The notes under the pieces were generated by a model that saw only the letters and a program-made list of their open reading frames with translations, was not told the DNA's origin and did not search any database. Positions 1 through 8,959 of a DNA stretch of 64,000 bases are shown here, piece by piece. Position 1 is the stretch's first letter. Every line of letters begins with the position of its first letter. The translations under genes were made by a program, and so were the position numbers. This stretch comes from an uncultured Selenomonadaceae bacterium (GTDB taxonomy: Bacteria > Bacillota > Negativicutes > Selenomonadales > Selenomonadaceae), in NCBI GenBank assembly GCA_905235685.1, contig CAJOMO010000010.1:247-64246 (forward strand), read 5' to 3'.

Positions 1-951
1 GCGCGGCTCAAAACTTTCCATTCCCATTTGCTTGAAACCGTCATAAATCAATTTGCGCCGCCGGTCGTATTCGGCAACCATTTTCTTCATATACTTTTCG
101 CCGTGCCGCAAAGCCTCAATCGCCGCAACCTGCGCAGTTATCGGCGCGCAAAGCATTGTGTATTGGTGAATTTTCGTCATAGCGCCAATAAAATCTGCGT
201 TGCTCAAAGCATAACCAATTCGCCAGCCCGTCATTGCATAAGCTTTGCTGAAACCGTTCAAAAGTATCGTGCGGTCGCGCATATTCGGCAGCGCGGCAAA
301 ACATTCATGGACGCCGTTATACGTCAAATCGCCGTAAATTTCGTCGCTGATAACAATCAAATCGTGCTTTTCGGCGAAATCGGCAATTTTCAACAAATCG
401 CCACGCTCCATAATCGCGCCGGTCGGATTATTCGGATAGCCAATCAGCAAAACTTTCGTTTTCGGCGTAATGTACGGCTCAAGCTCCTCCGGCGTTATGC
501 GAAATTCATTTTCGATTTTTGCGGGAACTGAAACCGGAACGCCGCCCGCCAAAACCGTGCAAGCTTGATAAGAAACATAGCACGGCTCGGGAATTAAAAC
601 TTCGTCGCCCGCGTTTATGACTGCGCGAATGGCTAAATCCATCGCCTCGCTGACGCCAACCGTAACCAAAACTTCCTTGTTGCTGTCGTAAGTTAAATTG
701 TGGCGGCGTTTAAAATGATTGGCGATTTCTGCGCGAAGTTCCGGCATACCGCGATTGGCAGTGTAGCTTGTATAGCCGCGCTCTAAACCGTAAACGCAAC
801 TTTCGCGAATAGTCCACGGCGTTACAAAATCCGGCTCGCCCACGCCCAACGAAATGACGTCCTGCATTTGCGCCGCAATGTCGAAAAATTTTCTGATACC
901 GCTGGGCGCGATGGATTGAACAGAATTTGAAAGTTTCTCGCTCCAATTCAC
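1..951 (-). CDS. PLP-dependent class I/II aminotransferase (AlaT/AspC-like); 3' end runs off the window
   Basis: Minus-strand frame is open from GTG (951) to position 1; it is absent from the ORF track because no stop lies in the window. My translation: VNWSEKLSNSVQSIAPSGIRKFFDIAAQMQDVISLGVGEPDF...YPNNPTGA...LLNGFSKAYAMTGWRIGYA (fold-type-I aminotransferase motifs including the SKAY Lys region). GTGA start/stop overlap with the upstream Lrp gene, as in the Bacillus alaR-alaT arrangement. Confidence 0.85.
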   Translation of the reverse strand, partial: MNWSEKLSNSVQSIAPSGIRKFFDIAAQMQDVISLGVGEPDFVTPWTIRESCVYGLERGYTSYTANRGMPELRAEIANHFKRRHNLTYDSNKEVLVTVGVSEAMDLAIRAVINAGDEVLIPEPCYVSYQACTVLAGGVPVSVPAKIENEFRITPEELEPYITPKTKVLLIGYPNNPTGAIMERGDLLKIADFAEKHDLIVISDEIYGDLTYNGVHECFAALPNMRDRTILLNGFSKAYAMTGWRIGYALSNADFIGAMTKIHQYTMLCAPITAQVAAIEALRHGEKYMKKMVAEYDRRRKLIYDGFKQMGMESFEPR

Positions 952-1427
952 GGCGAAACCACCAGCCTTCTGTCTTGTTCTTCGTCGTCAACAATCACGC
1001 CGTCTTTCTTGTAAGCCTTGAGCATAAAATGACTGCGCGTCTGCGTTACGCCTTCAATCGTCGACAGGCGCGTTGCCACGAAATTTGCCACGTCTTTGAG
1101 CGATTTGCCTTCAATGATAACGAGCAAATCAAAATTGCCGCTCATAAGATAAACCGTCCGCACTTCGTCAAAGCGGTAAATTCGTTCGGCAATGGCGTCG
1201 AATCCAACTTCGCGCTGCGGCGTCAAATTTATTTCAATCACGGCGGTAACTGTATCGTCGCCGAAACGTTCCCAATTTATGAGCGCGCCATACGACAGAA
1301 TAATTTTTTCGCGTTCGAGGCGGGAAATTTCCTTTTCGATTTCGTATTCGGATTTTTGCAACATGGACGCCAATTCGCTGACTGTTACCCGCGAATTGTG
1401 TTCAAGGATTTCAAGCAGTTCTCTCAT
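948..1427 (-). CDS. Lrp/AsnC-family transcriptional regulator
   Basis: 159 aa. N-terminal wHTH (LLEILEHNSRVTVSELASMLQKSE) and C-terminal AsnC-type ligand domain (VTAVIEINL...VYLMSGNFDLLVIIEG). SD GGAGGAAATT lies directly upstream of the ATG. Confidence 0.9.
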   Translation of the reverse strand: MRELLEILEHNSRVTVSELASMLQKSEYEIEKEISRLEREKIILSYGALINWERFGDDTVTAVIEINLTPQREVGFDAIAERIYRFDEVRTVYLMSGNFDLLVIIEGKSLKDVANFVATRLSTIEGVTQTRSHFMLKAYKKDGVIVDDEEQDRRLVVSP

Positions 1428-1548
1428 AATTTCCTCCGGTTATAAAAATTTTTTCAGCAAAGTATAACACAGGCGCAGTCAAAAGTCGAATTACAGAATT
1501 GTTAAAATTTCTGCGGCGTGTTAGAATAGCGGCGGGAGGGAATTTTTT

Positions 1549-2682
1549 ATGCGAATTATTCACACGGCTGATTGGCATTTGGGCAAGACTTTGAAAAATC
1601 AATCGCTCATTGAAGATCAGAAATATATTTTGGACGAATTTTTGAAACTGCTTGACGCCGAGAAAATTGACGCGGTGATAATTGCCGGCGATATTTACGA
1701 CAGGGTCATTCCGCCGACTGACGCGGTTAACCTGTTCGACGAAATTATTTCAAAGATTATCGAGCGCAAAATTCCGGTGCTCAGCATTTCCGGTAACCAC
1801 GACAGCGCCGAACGTTTGAATTTTGGCAGCAAACTTTTCGCGCAGTCGAATTTTTTCATTACCACAAAGCCGGTTGAAAATCCCGCGCCCGTGATTTTGT
1901 CTGATAAATTTGGTGAAGTTTATTTTTCGCTGATACCTTTTTTTGAGCCGATTGAAATTGCTCACATTTTCGCGCAGAACGAAATTGACGCGAATACTGC
2001 GGCTAAAATTTACATTACCGAGGCGCGCAAAAAAATTCCCGCCGGTTCAAGGAGCATTGCAGTTGCTCACCTTTTCGCGACGGGCGGCTTGACTTCCGAA
2101 TCCGAAAGAAAATTCGTGGGCGCTGTTGAAAATGTCGACGCCGCAAATTTCGCCGGTTACAATTACACCGCGCTTGGACATTTGCACAAACCGCAGACCA
2201 TGAAAAAAACCGGTTACGTTGTGCGGTACAGCGGCTCGCTGCTGAAATATTCTTTCGACGAAACTAATTACAGCAAGGGCGTGACGCTGATTGAGATTGA
2301 CGACGCGGGCAAAACTTCATTTGAACATATCGATTTGAAACCGCGGCGCGACGTGCGGATTGTCGAAGGAACTGTCGCCGAGCTTATGAAATCTGCGCGA
2401 AGTGCGGATTATATTCACGCCAATATCACGGATAAAAATCACGTGCTTTATGCGATGGAAAAATTGCGGGACAGCGCTTTTCCAAATATTTTGAGCGTGC
2501 AGTTCGTGAATTTGAAACGCGAAATTGAAAATCCTGCGCGAGCGATTGACAATGCGGAAAATATTTCAGTGCTTGAATATTTCGCTGATTTTTATAAATT
2601 TGAAACGGGCGAAGATTTGACGGGCGAATATCGGCAGACTATGGAAAAATTTTTGTCCAAACTGGAAAGTGAGCAGCCATGA
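1549..2682 (+). CDS. sbcD: Exonuclease SbcCD nuclease subunit SbcD (Mre11-like)
   Basis: 377 aa. Calcineurin-like phosphoesterase motifs: MRIIHTADWHLGK, AGDIYD, SGNHD, ALGHLH. Confidence 0.9.
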   Translation: MRIIHTADWHLGKTLKNQSLIEDQKYILDEFLKLLDAEKIDAVIIAGDIYDRVIPPTDAVNLFDEIISKIIERKIPVLSISGNHDSAERLNFGSKLFAQSNFFITTKPVENPAPVILSDKFGEVYFSLIPFFEPIEIAHIFAQNEIDANTAAKIYITEARKKIPAGSRSIAVAHLFATGGLTSESERKFVGAVENVDAANFAGYNYTALGHLHKPQTMKKTGYVVRYSGSLLKYSFDETNYSKGVTLIEIDDAGKTSFEHIDLKPRRDVRIVEGTVAELMKSARSADYIHANITDKNHVLYAMEKLRDSAFPNILSVQFVNLKREIENPARAIDNAENISVLEYFADFYKFETGEDLTGEYRQTMEKFLSKLESEQP

Positions 2683-3926
2683 AAAAATTTTTAGCAACAA
2701 TGTTGATGTTAATTTTACCGGCAACGGCAAACGCAATGACTTTGAACGAGGCGGTACGAATCGCGCTTGAAAATAACCCGAGCCTGCAACGTACCGGACG
2801 CGCAATTGACCTTGCGGAAGAATCGCTGAAAGTTGCAAAGGCGAGCAAGGGGCTCTCAGTCGATTTAAGCGGCTCTGCAAGCGCGGCTAAGTCCGAAGGC
2901 TCATCGACGTCTGAAAGCCTGTCTACGCGGCTCAGGGGCGCTTTAACGCTGTATTCCGGCAAGAAATTGGAAAATCAAATTCAATCGGCGGAATTGGAAA
3001 TCGACGTTGCGAAATTGGATTTTTTACAGGCGCAGGACGATTTGATTTACCAGGTGGCAACGGCTTACATAAACGCGCTGGAAAATTTGGCAACAACCCA
3101 GGTTGATTTGAAAACTGAAGAAAATCTTGCCGAACACGAAAAAAATATCGCCGCCCTGTATGACGCCGGCTCGAAAGCGCGAATTGATTTACTGCGCGCG
3201 CAAGTCGAAACAAGCAACGCCCAACAAGATACCGCCAAATCTCACGCGGCTTATGAAGTCAGCTTAGCGAATTTGGCAACGCTCCTTTCGATTGACACGC
3301 GGACGAATCTTACAGTTGAGCCGGTGCAAACTTCGTTGGAATTGGGCGACGTAGAGAATTTTATGGTTATGGCGGCGGAAAATCGCGCAGATTTGCGGGC
3401 GGATTCTTTGAAAATCGACCAGGGCGAATTGGATATTGAAATGGCGCGCGCGGGCAATCGTCCGACGATTTCTGCGGAAGTTGGCGCGGGGCTCGGCGGG
3501 CAATCCAGCCGCTGGGATTTTCGATACGATCTTTCGGGCGGCGTCAGCGCGTCGTGGAATATTTTTGACGGCGGCATTACCAAATCTGAAATTTTGCAGG
3601 CGGAAATTGCGCTGGAACGGCTTTATCTTGACGTGCAAAATAATATCAATTCCGTCAATGAGGAAGTTGTTACGGCGTATAAAAATTTGAGAATCGCGTT
3701 AATGCGGCTGCGTACGACCGAGCGCGCTGTCCAATTGGCTGAAGAGGAACGTTACATTGCCACTGAAAAATATCGCGCAGGCGAAGGGATTTTGCTTGAC
3801 ATTCTCGACGCCGAAGTTTCATTGGCCACGGCGCGCAAAAATCACGTCAGCGCAACTTATGACGTGGCGCGTTACAGAATCGATTTAGCTCACGCGGTCG
3901 GCGATACCACGCTTGCGTTCGAATAA
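2679..3926 (+). CDS. TolC-family outer-membrane efflux protein
   Basis: 415 aa. Signal peptide MKKFLATMLMLILPATANA followed by the typical TolC start LNEAVRIALENNPSLQ. Two coiled-coil repeats. The ATG overlaps the sbcD stop (ATGA). Confidence 0.85.
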   Translation: MKKFLATMLMLILPATANAMTLNEAVRIALENNPSLQRTGRAIDLAEESLKVAKASKGLSVDLSGSASAAKSEGSSTSESLSTRLRGALTLYSGKKLENQIQSAELEIDVAKLDFLQAQDDLIYQVATAYINALENLATTQVDLKTEENLAEHEKNIAALYDAGSKARIDLLRAQVETSNAQQDTAKSHAAYEVSLANLATLLSIDTRTNLTVEPVQTSLELGDVENFMVMAAENRADLRADSLKIDQGELDIEMARAGNRPTISAEVGAGLGGQSSRWDFRYDLSGGVSASWNIFDGGITKSEILQAEIALERLYLDVQNNINSVNEEVVTAYKNLRIALMRLRTTERAVQLAEEERYIATEKYRAGEGILLDILDAEVSLATARKNHVSATYDVARYRIDLAHAVGDTTLAFE

Positions 3927-3938
3927 GGGGGATTTTTT

Positions 3939-5081
3939 TTGAAATGGAAAATTGGGCTGATTGCCGCGCTCATTATCGGCGCGCTGATTGGCTATAAATT
4001 TTACACTGACAAAATCGAAGAAGAGGCTTATCAAACATACGATACGGCGAAAGTCATTCGCATGGATTTGACAAAAACCGTTTCGGCGACGGGAACTGTG
4101 CAACCGCGCGAGAGTGTCGAAGTTTCCAGCAAAATCACTGCGCGAATCAAAGAGGTACTTGTCGAAGAAAATCAGCAGGTACGCGCCGGTCAAATCGTGG
4201 CGATTTTGGACGGCAAAGATTATGAGGCAAGGCGCGATCAAGCAAAATTCGCTTTGACAAATACTTTACAAAAATTGGAACGGACGCGGCGGCTTTACAA
4301 TATCGGCGCAAAATCCCGCGAGGAACTTGAAGACGCGCAATATAATTACGACCGCGCCAAATCCGAACTTGAACTTGCCGAAGACGATGTTAATCAAACA
4401 GTCATAACCGCGCCAATGGACGGAATTGTTGTGGGCGAGCCGCTTACCGCCGGAACTATGGCTGTTCAAGGCAACAGCAACCCGACGGTTATTTTGCGCA
4501 TTGCCGATTTGAGCGAAAAACTTGTCAAGGCGAAAGTGGACGAAACCGATATTGGCAGCGTCAGAGTTGGCGAAAATGCACTGTTTACCGTTGACGCTTA
4601 TCCGGACGAAAAATTTTTAGCCATTGTCAACAAAATTTCGCAGACCGATACAAATAATTCGTGGGACGTCAGCAGTTCGTCTTCGAGTTCGTCAAGTTCT
4701 TCAAATTCGGTTATCTATTATTACGTGACGTTTAATGCGCCCGACCCGAAAAATTTACTTTTACCGGCAATGACTGCGCGATTGGATATCACGGTTGGCA
4801 GAGTCGAAAATGCGCTGTGCGTGCCGATCGAGGCGATTAAAACCGACGGCAAAGGCTCATATGTAGAAAAAATTACCAAAGACGCGAAAAATCATGACGT
4901 GGCAGAAAAAGTTTACGTGACGATTGGCTTGTACGGCGAAGAATTTGTTGAAGTTACAACCAATGAGCTGGATGTTGGCGACGACGTTTCAATTACGTAT
5001 CAAGCGGCGGAGAAAAAATCTACCACGAATCAAAGCGGCGGCGGAAGACGCGGCGGTATGGGCGGACCTCCACCAATGTAA
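3939..5081 (+). CDS. HlyD/MacA-type membrane-fusion (periplasmic adaptor) protein
   Basis: 380 aa. TTG start 8 nt after GGGGGA. N-terminal TM helix, lipoyl-like hairpin motifs (VSSKITARIKEVLVEENQQVRAGQIVAILD ... ITAPMDGIVV) and a coiled coil. Unusual 11-Ser run and Gly-rich tail GGGRRGGMGGPPPM. Confidence 0.85.
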   Translation: MKWKIGLIAALIIGALIGYKFYTDKIEEEAYQTYDTAKVIRMDLTKTVSATGTVQPRESVEVSSKITARIKEVLVEENQQVRAGQIVAILDGKDYEARRDQAKFALTNTLQKLERTRRLYNIGAKSREELEDAQYNYDRAKSELELAEDDVNQTVITAPMDGIVVGEPLTAGTMAVQGNSNPTVILRIADLSEKLVKAKVDETDIGSVRVGENALFTVDAYPDEKFLAIVNKISQTDTNNSWDVSSSSSSSSSSSNSVIYYYVTFNAPDPKNLLLPAMTARLDITVGRVENALCVPIEAIKTDGKGSYVEKITKDAKNHDVAEKVYVTIGLYGEEFVEVTTNELDVGDDVSITYQAAEKKSTTNQSGGGRRGGMGGPPPM

Positions 5082-5149
5082 AATTAAAAGCCGCAAAATT
5101 CGTTTGAACTTCGCGACCAGGATTTAGTTTTCGTTAAAGATTATTTTTC
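5081..5149. repeat. 69-nt direct repeat, copy 1 (contains an imperfect hairpin)
   Basis: aaattaaaagccgcaaaattcgtttgaacttcgcgaccaggatttagttttcgttaaagattatttttc. Matches 5231-5299 with 4 mismatches by my count. Confidence 0.85.
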
Positions 5150-5230
5150 TGATAAATGCACGGCGAATAACAAAGCCGCTCGAATTCCGTTCAAAGTTAG
5201 GAAATACGCTGAAGAAATCAAGGAATCTCA

Positions 5231-5299
5231 AAATTAAAAGCCGCAAAATTCATTTGAACTTCGCGGTCAGGATGTAGTTTTCGTTAAAGATTATTTTTC
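5231..5299. repeat. 69-nt direct repeat, copy 2; overlaps the DJ-1 stop and probably acts as its terminator
   Basis: Same 69-mer as 5081-5149. On the minus strand the hairpin ccgcgaagttcaaatgaattttgcgg is followed by CTTTTAATTTT. Confidence 0.8.
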
Positions 5300-5854
5300 G
5301 GCTAAAAGTTTATCGTAGAGCATAGATTTTTTTATCGGCTCAGAATCTCCGCCGAGTACGTCAATGATTTTGTACGCGAAAGGCAAACAGGTGGCGGCGG
5401 CGCGGCTGGTGATTAAATTTCCGTCCTGCACAACAAGTTTATCTTCAACGTAATTTGCATCGCTGAACATTTCGGTAAAATTCGCGCCAGGGTACGAAGT
5501 CAAAGTTCTGCCCACGCTGACACCGGCGGCTTTTAAAACCATCGGCGCGGCGCAAATCGCGGCCACAAATTTATTCTTGCTCATAAAGTCGCGGACGATT
5601 TTCAAAACGCGTTCGTCCTTTGAAAGAGTCGTCGAACCGGGTTGACCGCCAGGCAGAATCACCATATCATAATCCGCCAAATCGTTATCGCCCAAAATTT
5701 TATCCGCCTTAACGGTGATTTTCCGGCTGCTGGTAACAAATTCATCTGCCAGCGAATAAGAATCCACTTCGATACCTGCGCGACGAATTATATCCATTGT
5801 GAAGAGCGCCTCGCCCTCCTCAAATCCATTCGCCAAAAAAATTGCAACTTTCAT
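5291..5854 (-). CDS. DJ-1/PfpI (ThiJ) family protein
   Basis: 187 aa. Type-1 glutamine-amidotransferase-like fold with the nucleophile-elbow motif AAICAAP. GGAGG SD upstream. Confidence 0.9.
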   Translation of the reverse strand: MKVAIFLANGFEEGEALFTMDIIRRAGIEVDSYSLADEFVTSSRKITVKADKILGDNDLADYDMVILPGGQPGSTTLSKDERVLKIVRDFMSKNKFVAAICAAPMVLKAAGVSVGRTLTSYPGANFTEMFSDANYVEDKLVVQDGNLITSRAAATCLPFAYKIIDVLGGDSEPIKKSMLYDKLLAEK

Positions 5855-5869
5855 AAATCAAACCTCCAA

Positions 5870-5910
5870 TAAAAAAATCCTGCGGCAATTATACTACAGG
5901 ATTTTTTTTG
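5870..5910 (-). terminator. Rho-independent terminator after the autotransporter gene
   Basis: Stem atcctg ... caggat flanked by an A7 run and a T8 run, located between the autotransporter stop (5954) and the DJ-1 SD. Confidence 0.6.
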
Positions 5911-5953
5911 TTGAAAGGGGCAAATCACAATCATTGAAAAAGATTCGGCTCAA

Positions 5954-7999
5954 TTAAAATTCGCTCTTGTATTTTGCCGCAAATGTCACGCCTTTTTGAT
6001 GACCAACCCAGCCAATTATTGAAGTGTCAAGCATTGTGTGAGAAGTATTTGAAGTATTTCTGCGCCAGCCTAATTCGATTAAGCCGCTGGTTCCCTTGAG
6101 GTCGGCTTTGTTGGTGGACATGCCCATATATTCGCCGCGAGTTTCGCCGGTAAATTCTTGAACCCAAGCCAGCCCCGAATACCAAATATTATCGCGGTAT
6201 TCACGAGTTAAGCGCGTGCCAATACGCATCCTGCCGCTACTTACCGAGCTGAATTTGTAATCTTCGCCGGTCGACAGCCGCGTTGTAAAGCCGTTTACTT
6301 TGTTCAAAGAATAAATTCCGTAAACATCAAGCTTGCTCGAACCGCCAATTGTATTTTTCCAACCGACGCGCACATGTCCGGCGTAACAAGGCATCGAAGC
6401 AGAATAATCGGCGTGCGTTGGGGTGCTGTGTACCAAGAAATTATCGCTCGAAAAACTCGTGTGGATTCGCCCTGCGCGAAAACTGCCTTCGTAATACATA
6501 CCCTTACTGTTGACAAGCCGCCCAATCATTCCCGCCGTGAAATAACGCGAATTTCCCGCGCCGTCAGTATTTTTCGCGCCGTCGCTCGTCTGATACGTCA
6601 AATGACTTTCGTAATAATCTTGCCCGTAATCGGTGATTGGTCCGAAAATAAAATAGCCGTGGCGATTATCCAATTTCCGAGCTACGCCAAAATCGAGTCC
6701 GCCGTTTTTGCTTTTAAGTTTTTGCCCGTCCGCGGTTTTAACTTTAAAGACACTGCCGCCCAATCCGACGAACGGGCTAAATTCTGTGGTCGGCATGCTG
6801 TTAACATCTTCGGGCGGCAACCACTCATAAATCCGTTCAGTGCCGCTGTCCAAAAGCCCTGCGCTGTCAATTGCGCCGCTGGTAAGAATATCTGTTTGCT
6901 TATTCAGTTCGTTTGAAACAAGCTCGCCGAGGGTTGCAATGTAAGAATTGCCATCTTCGCTCAAACCAAGATTAGCGATATTATAATCAACCGAGATACC
7001 TTTAGCGAGCGTTCCGTCATTGATTAAATCAGCGGAGCTGCCGGAATCGCCAAGCGTGATACCATTTCCATTGTGCAGCAAAATAATTTGTTGTCCGGCT
7101 GTAATATTTGCCGCACCGCTTGCCGCCAAATCCATATTTAAATTTGTTTGACTTAAATCTGTTTGTCCGTCAGTCAAGGTCAACGCCACATCGCCGTTAG
7201 CGGGATTAAAATCACTCGGCAGATAAAAATTTAAATTTGCAAAGCCGTGAATTTGTTTTGCCGTGATTCCGGAGGTGTAAATATTCAGCACATTGCCGGA
7301 AACAGAAATTCCCCTTCCGGCGTACAAAGTTGCATCACTCAAATCCGGTTTGCCATAAATATTGATAACGTTATTGGCGGCGGTGTTATTTTCAGCCCAG
7401 CCTCCGTGAATGCTGCCGGAAATTGTTCCGCCATTTATCGTTACAATATTATTTTCAGCTCTTCCCCAATTAGTTCGGGCGCCGGAAATGTTATCAGTGA
7501 TTGTTCCGGAATTAATTACCACTTGATTATTTTGAACCACAACACCGGAGCCAAGTTCACTGTTGCCAGCATATGACATCCCGCCAATCACGGTTTTTAT
7601 ATTACCGCCGTTAACCGTCACGACGTTATATTGAACGTTTCCGCCGTGAGAATCGCCGCCATAAATGATATTGATATCTCCGCCGTAAATGTTCACCCTA
7701 TTTCCTATGGAAATGCCCTTGTATGTGTAGCCGCCTCTTATGATATCGGTAATTGTACCTCCAAAAAAATTAACGGTATTATTCGAGGAGTCAGCTAAGG
7801 AAAATGAATTCCAAGGTCCGCCTCCGCCAAAAATCCGCTCAAAAGTTCCACTGTAACTTTTTGGAAAATCCTCATTGATTTGGTAAGAATCATTTGTTAC
7901 TATGACAGTATTTTGAGAGGAATTTTCGGGTACTAATTCTTCTGCGTTCGAGGTGTTTGTAATTCCGATTAAAACCACACTCAAGGAACAATGCGCCAA
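5954..7999 (-). CDS. Autotransporter (type Va) with beta-helical passenger and C-terminal beta-barrel
   Basis: 681 aa. Passenger full of degenerate N-x-V-x-I-x-GG rungs (VNIYGGDINIIYGGDSHGGNVQYNVVTVNGGNIKTVIGG...). C-terminal alternating-hydrophobic barrel ends ...VTFAAKYKSEF (terminal Phe). The annotated TTG start lacks the positively charged signal n-region; the in-frame upstream peptide LSKKKIGKIL is probably part of the protein (see finding). Confidence 0.8.
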   Translation of the reverse strand: MAHCSLSVVLIGITNTSNAEELVPENSSQNTVIVTNDSYQINEDFPKSYSGTFERIFGGGGPWNSFSLADSSNNTVNFFGGTITDIIRGGYTYKGISIGNRVNIYGGDINIIYGGDSHGGNVQYNVVTVNGGNIKTVIGGMSYAGNSELGSGVVVQNNQVVINSGTITDNISGARTNWGRAENNIVTINGGTISGSIHGGWAENNTAANNVINIYGKPDLSDATLYAGRGISVSGNVLNIYTSGITAKQIHGFANLNFYLPSDFNPANGDVALTLTDGQTDLSQTNLNMDLAASGAANITAGQQIILLHNGNGITLGDSGSSADLINDGTLAKGISVDYNIANLGLSEDGNSYIATLGELVSNELNKQTDILTSGAIDSAGLLDSGTERIYEWLPPEDVNSMPTTEFSPFVGLGGSVFKVKTADGQKLKSKNGGLDFGVARKLDNRHGYFIFGPITDYGQDYYESHLTYQTSDGAKNTDGAGNSRYFTAGMIGRLVNSKGMYYEGSFRAGRIHTSFSSDNFLVHSTPTHADYSASMPCYAGHVRVGWKNTIGGSSKLDVYGIYSLNKVNGFTTRLSTGEDYKFSSVSSGRMRIGTRLTREYRDNIWYSGLAWVQEFTGETRGEYMGMSTNKADLKGTSGLIELGWRRNTSNTSHTMLDTSIIGWVGHQKGVTFAAKYKSEF

Positions 8000-8050
8000 A
8001 ATTTTACCAATTTTTTTCTTGCTGAGATATACTGTAAAGCCTCCTAAAAT

Positions 8051-8956
8051 TTAACGGACAAAAACGACGGCGCAATTTTCCAGCATATGGGATTTTTCAT
8101 TCGCCAAAAGAATTTTATCCGCGTCTTCCACCGAAATAACCACGTTAACTTTGTTGGCGGAAGTCTCGGCGTCGTTGACTTTAACGGCTTTAACAATCAG
8201 CGGATTTGTGCCGGCGCGTTCCGTGGCAATTTCGTCGTCCACAGAATAGCTGTAGCTCACCATTCCGCTCTCGACAATTTTATCGGGGTCAAGATTTTCA
8301 ACGCCGTAAATCGCGCGCCCGTTCGTATCGAAAATCACGGGCGAAAAAGTTGGTTGAAGTCCCAAACCGGACGCGTCAACCACAACGCCGCTGTAATTTT
8401 CACTTTGGATTTGGCGAATTTCAGCGGGCTTGATTGTGGGTTTGTCGACAGTTTCAAAGGGCGTTCTATTTTCCGGCGAAATTTCCGGAACTATGGCGGA
8501 GGCAATGCTGCCCGTGCCGTAAATCGGGACGCGTATTTTTACGTAATAGCCGCCGTCGTCCGTTGGATATTCTTCGACAATTTGAGCGCCGCGGATTATT
8601 CCGGAAATTTTTCTGTGAACAACATCGCTCTCAATTTGAAGATCTCGCATTGTGGTATCGGAGTCGATTTGCATTCCTTGAACAGTGCCGAGTAAATTTC
8701 TCTGCGCCGCCATAATTGCCGCTTCACGCGCCATTGCCATTCCGCGCGGATCTTTCAAACTTATTCCGACGGCTGTAATGTCAGATTCAGAGCCTCTGTT
8801 CCAATTAACCTCGCCTTTGACTTTGACGTTAACATTGACTTCAGTGCCCGCCGCAATCGCCGGATTTTCAAAAATATTTCCGCCGAAAATAACCGCGCTG
8901 CCGACTGCCACCGCCGCAATGATTTTTTTGAATTTAAAACTTTCCATAATCTTCAC
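8051..8956 (-). CDS. Exported LPP20-like domain protein
   Basis: 301 aa. Signal peptide ...AAVAVGSAVIFGGNIFENPAIAA. LPP20-type motif ITAVGISL...AMAREAAIMAAQRNLLGTVQGMQIDSDT. The start could be GTG 8956 or ATG 8947. Confidence 0.55.
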   Translation of the reverse strand: MKIMESFKFKKIIAAVAVGSAVIFGGNIFENPAIAAGTEVNVNVKVKGEVNWNRGSESDITAVGISLKDPRGMAMAREAAIMAAQRNLLGTVQGMQIDSDTTMRDLQIESDVVHRKISGIIRGAQIVEEYPTDDGGYYVKIRVPIYGTGSIASAIVPEISPENRTPFETVDKPTIKPAEIRQIQSENYSGVVVDASGLGLQPTFSPVIFDTNGRAIYGVENLDPDKIVESGMVSYSYSVDDEIATERAGTNPLIVKAVKVNDAETSANKVNVVISVEDADKILLANEKSHMLENCAVVFVR

Positions 8957-8959
8957 CCG

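Noticed and set aside
28-531. 167-aa plus-strand ORF (and 927-1445, 1192-1467 +)
   Set aside because: They lie antisense to the clearly recognisable aminotransferase and Lrp genes. Their translations are low-complexity R/F/N-rich with no motifs, typical of shadow ORFs.
5081-5299. CRISPR-like or tandem array
   Set aside because: There are only two copies of a 69-mer with one 81-nt spacer and no cas genes. This is consistent with a duplicated terminator module, not a CRISPR array.
5954-8000. Impression that the autotransporter gene is more AT-rich than its neighbours (possible horizontal acquisition)
   Set aside because: This rests on eyeballing a few lines only. I cannot compute windowed GC or codon adaptation here, and repetitive N/G/I-rich passenger domains are AT-rich for compositional reasons.
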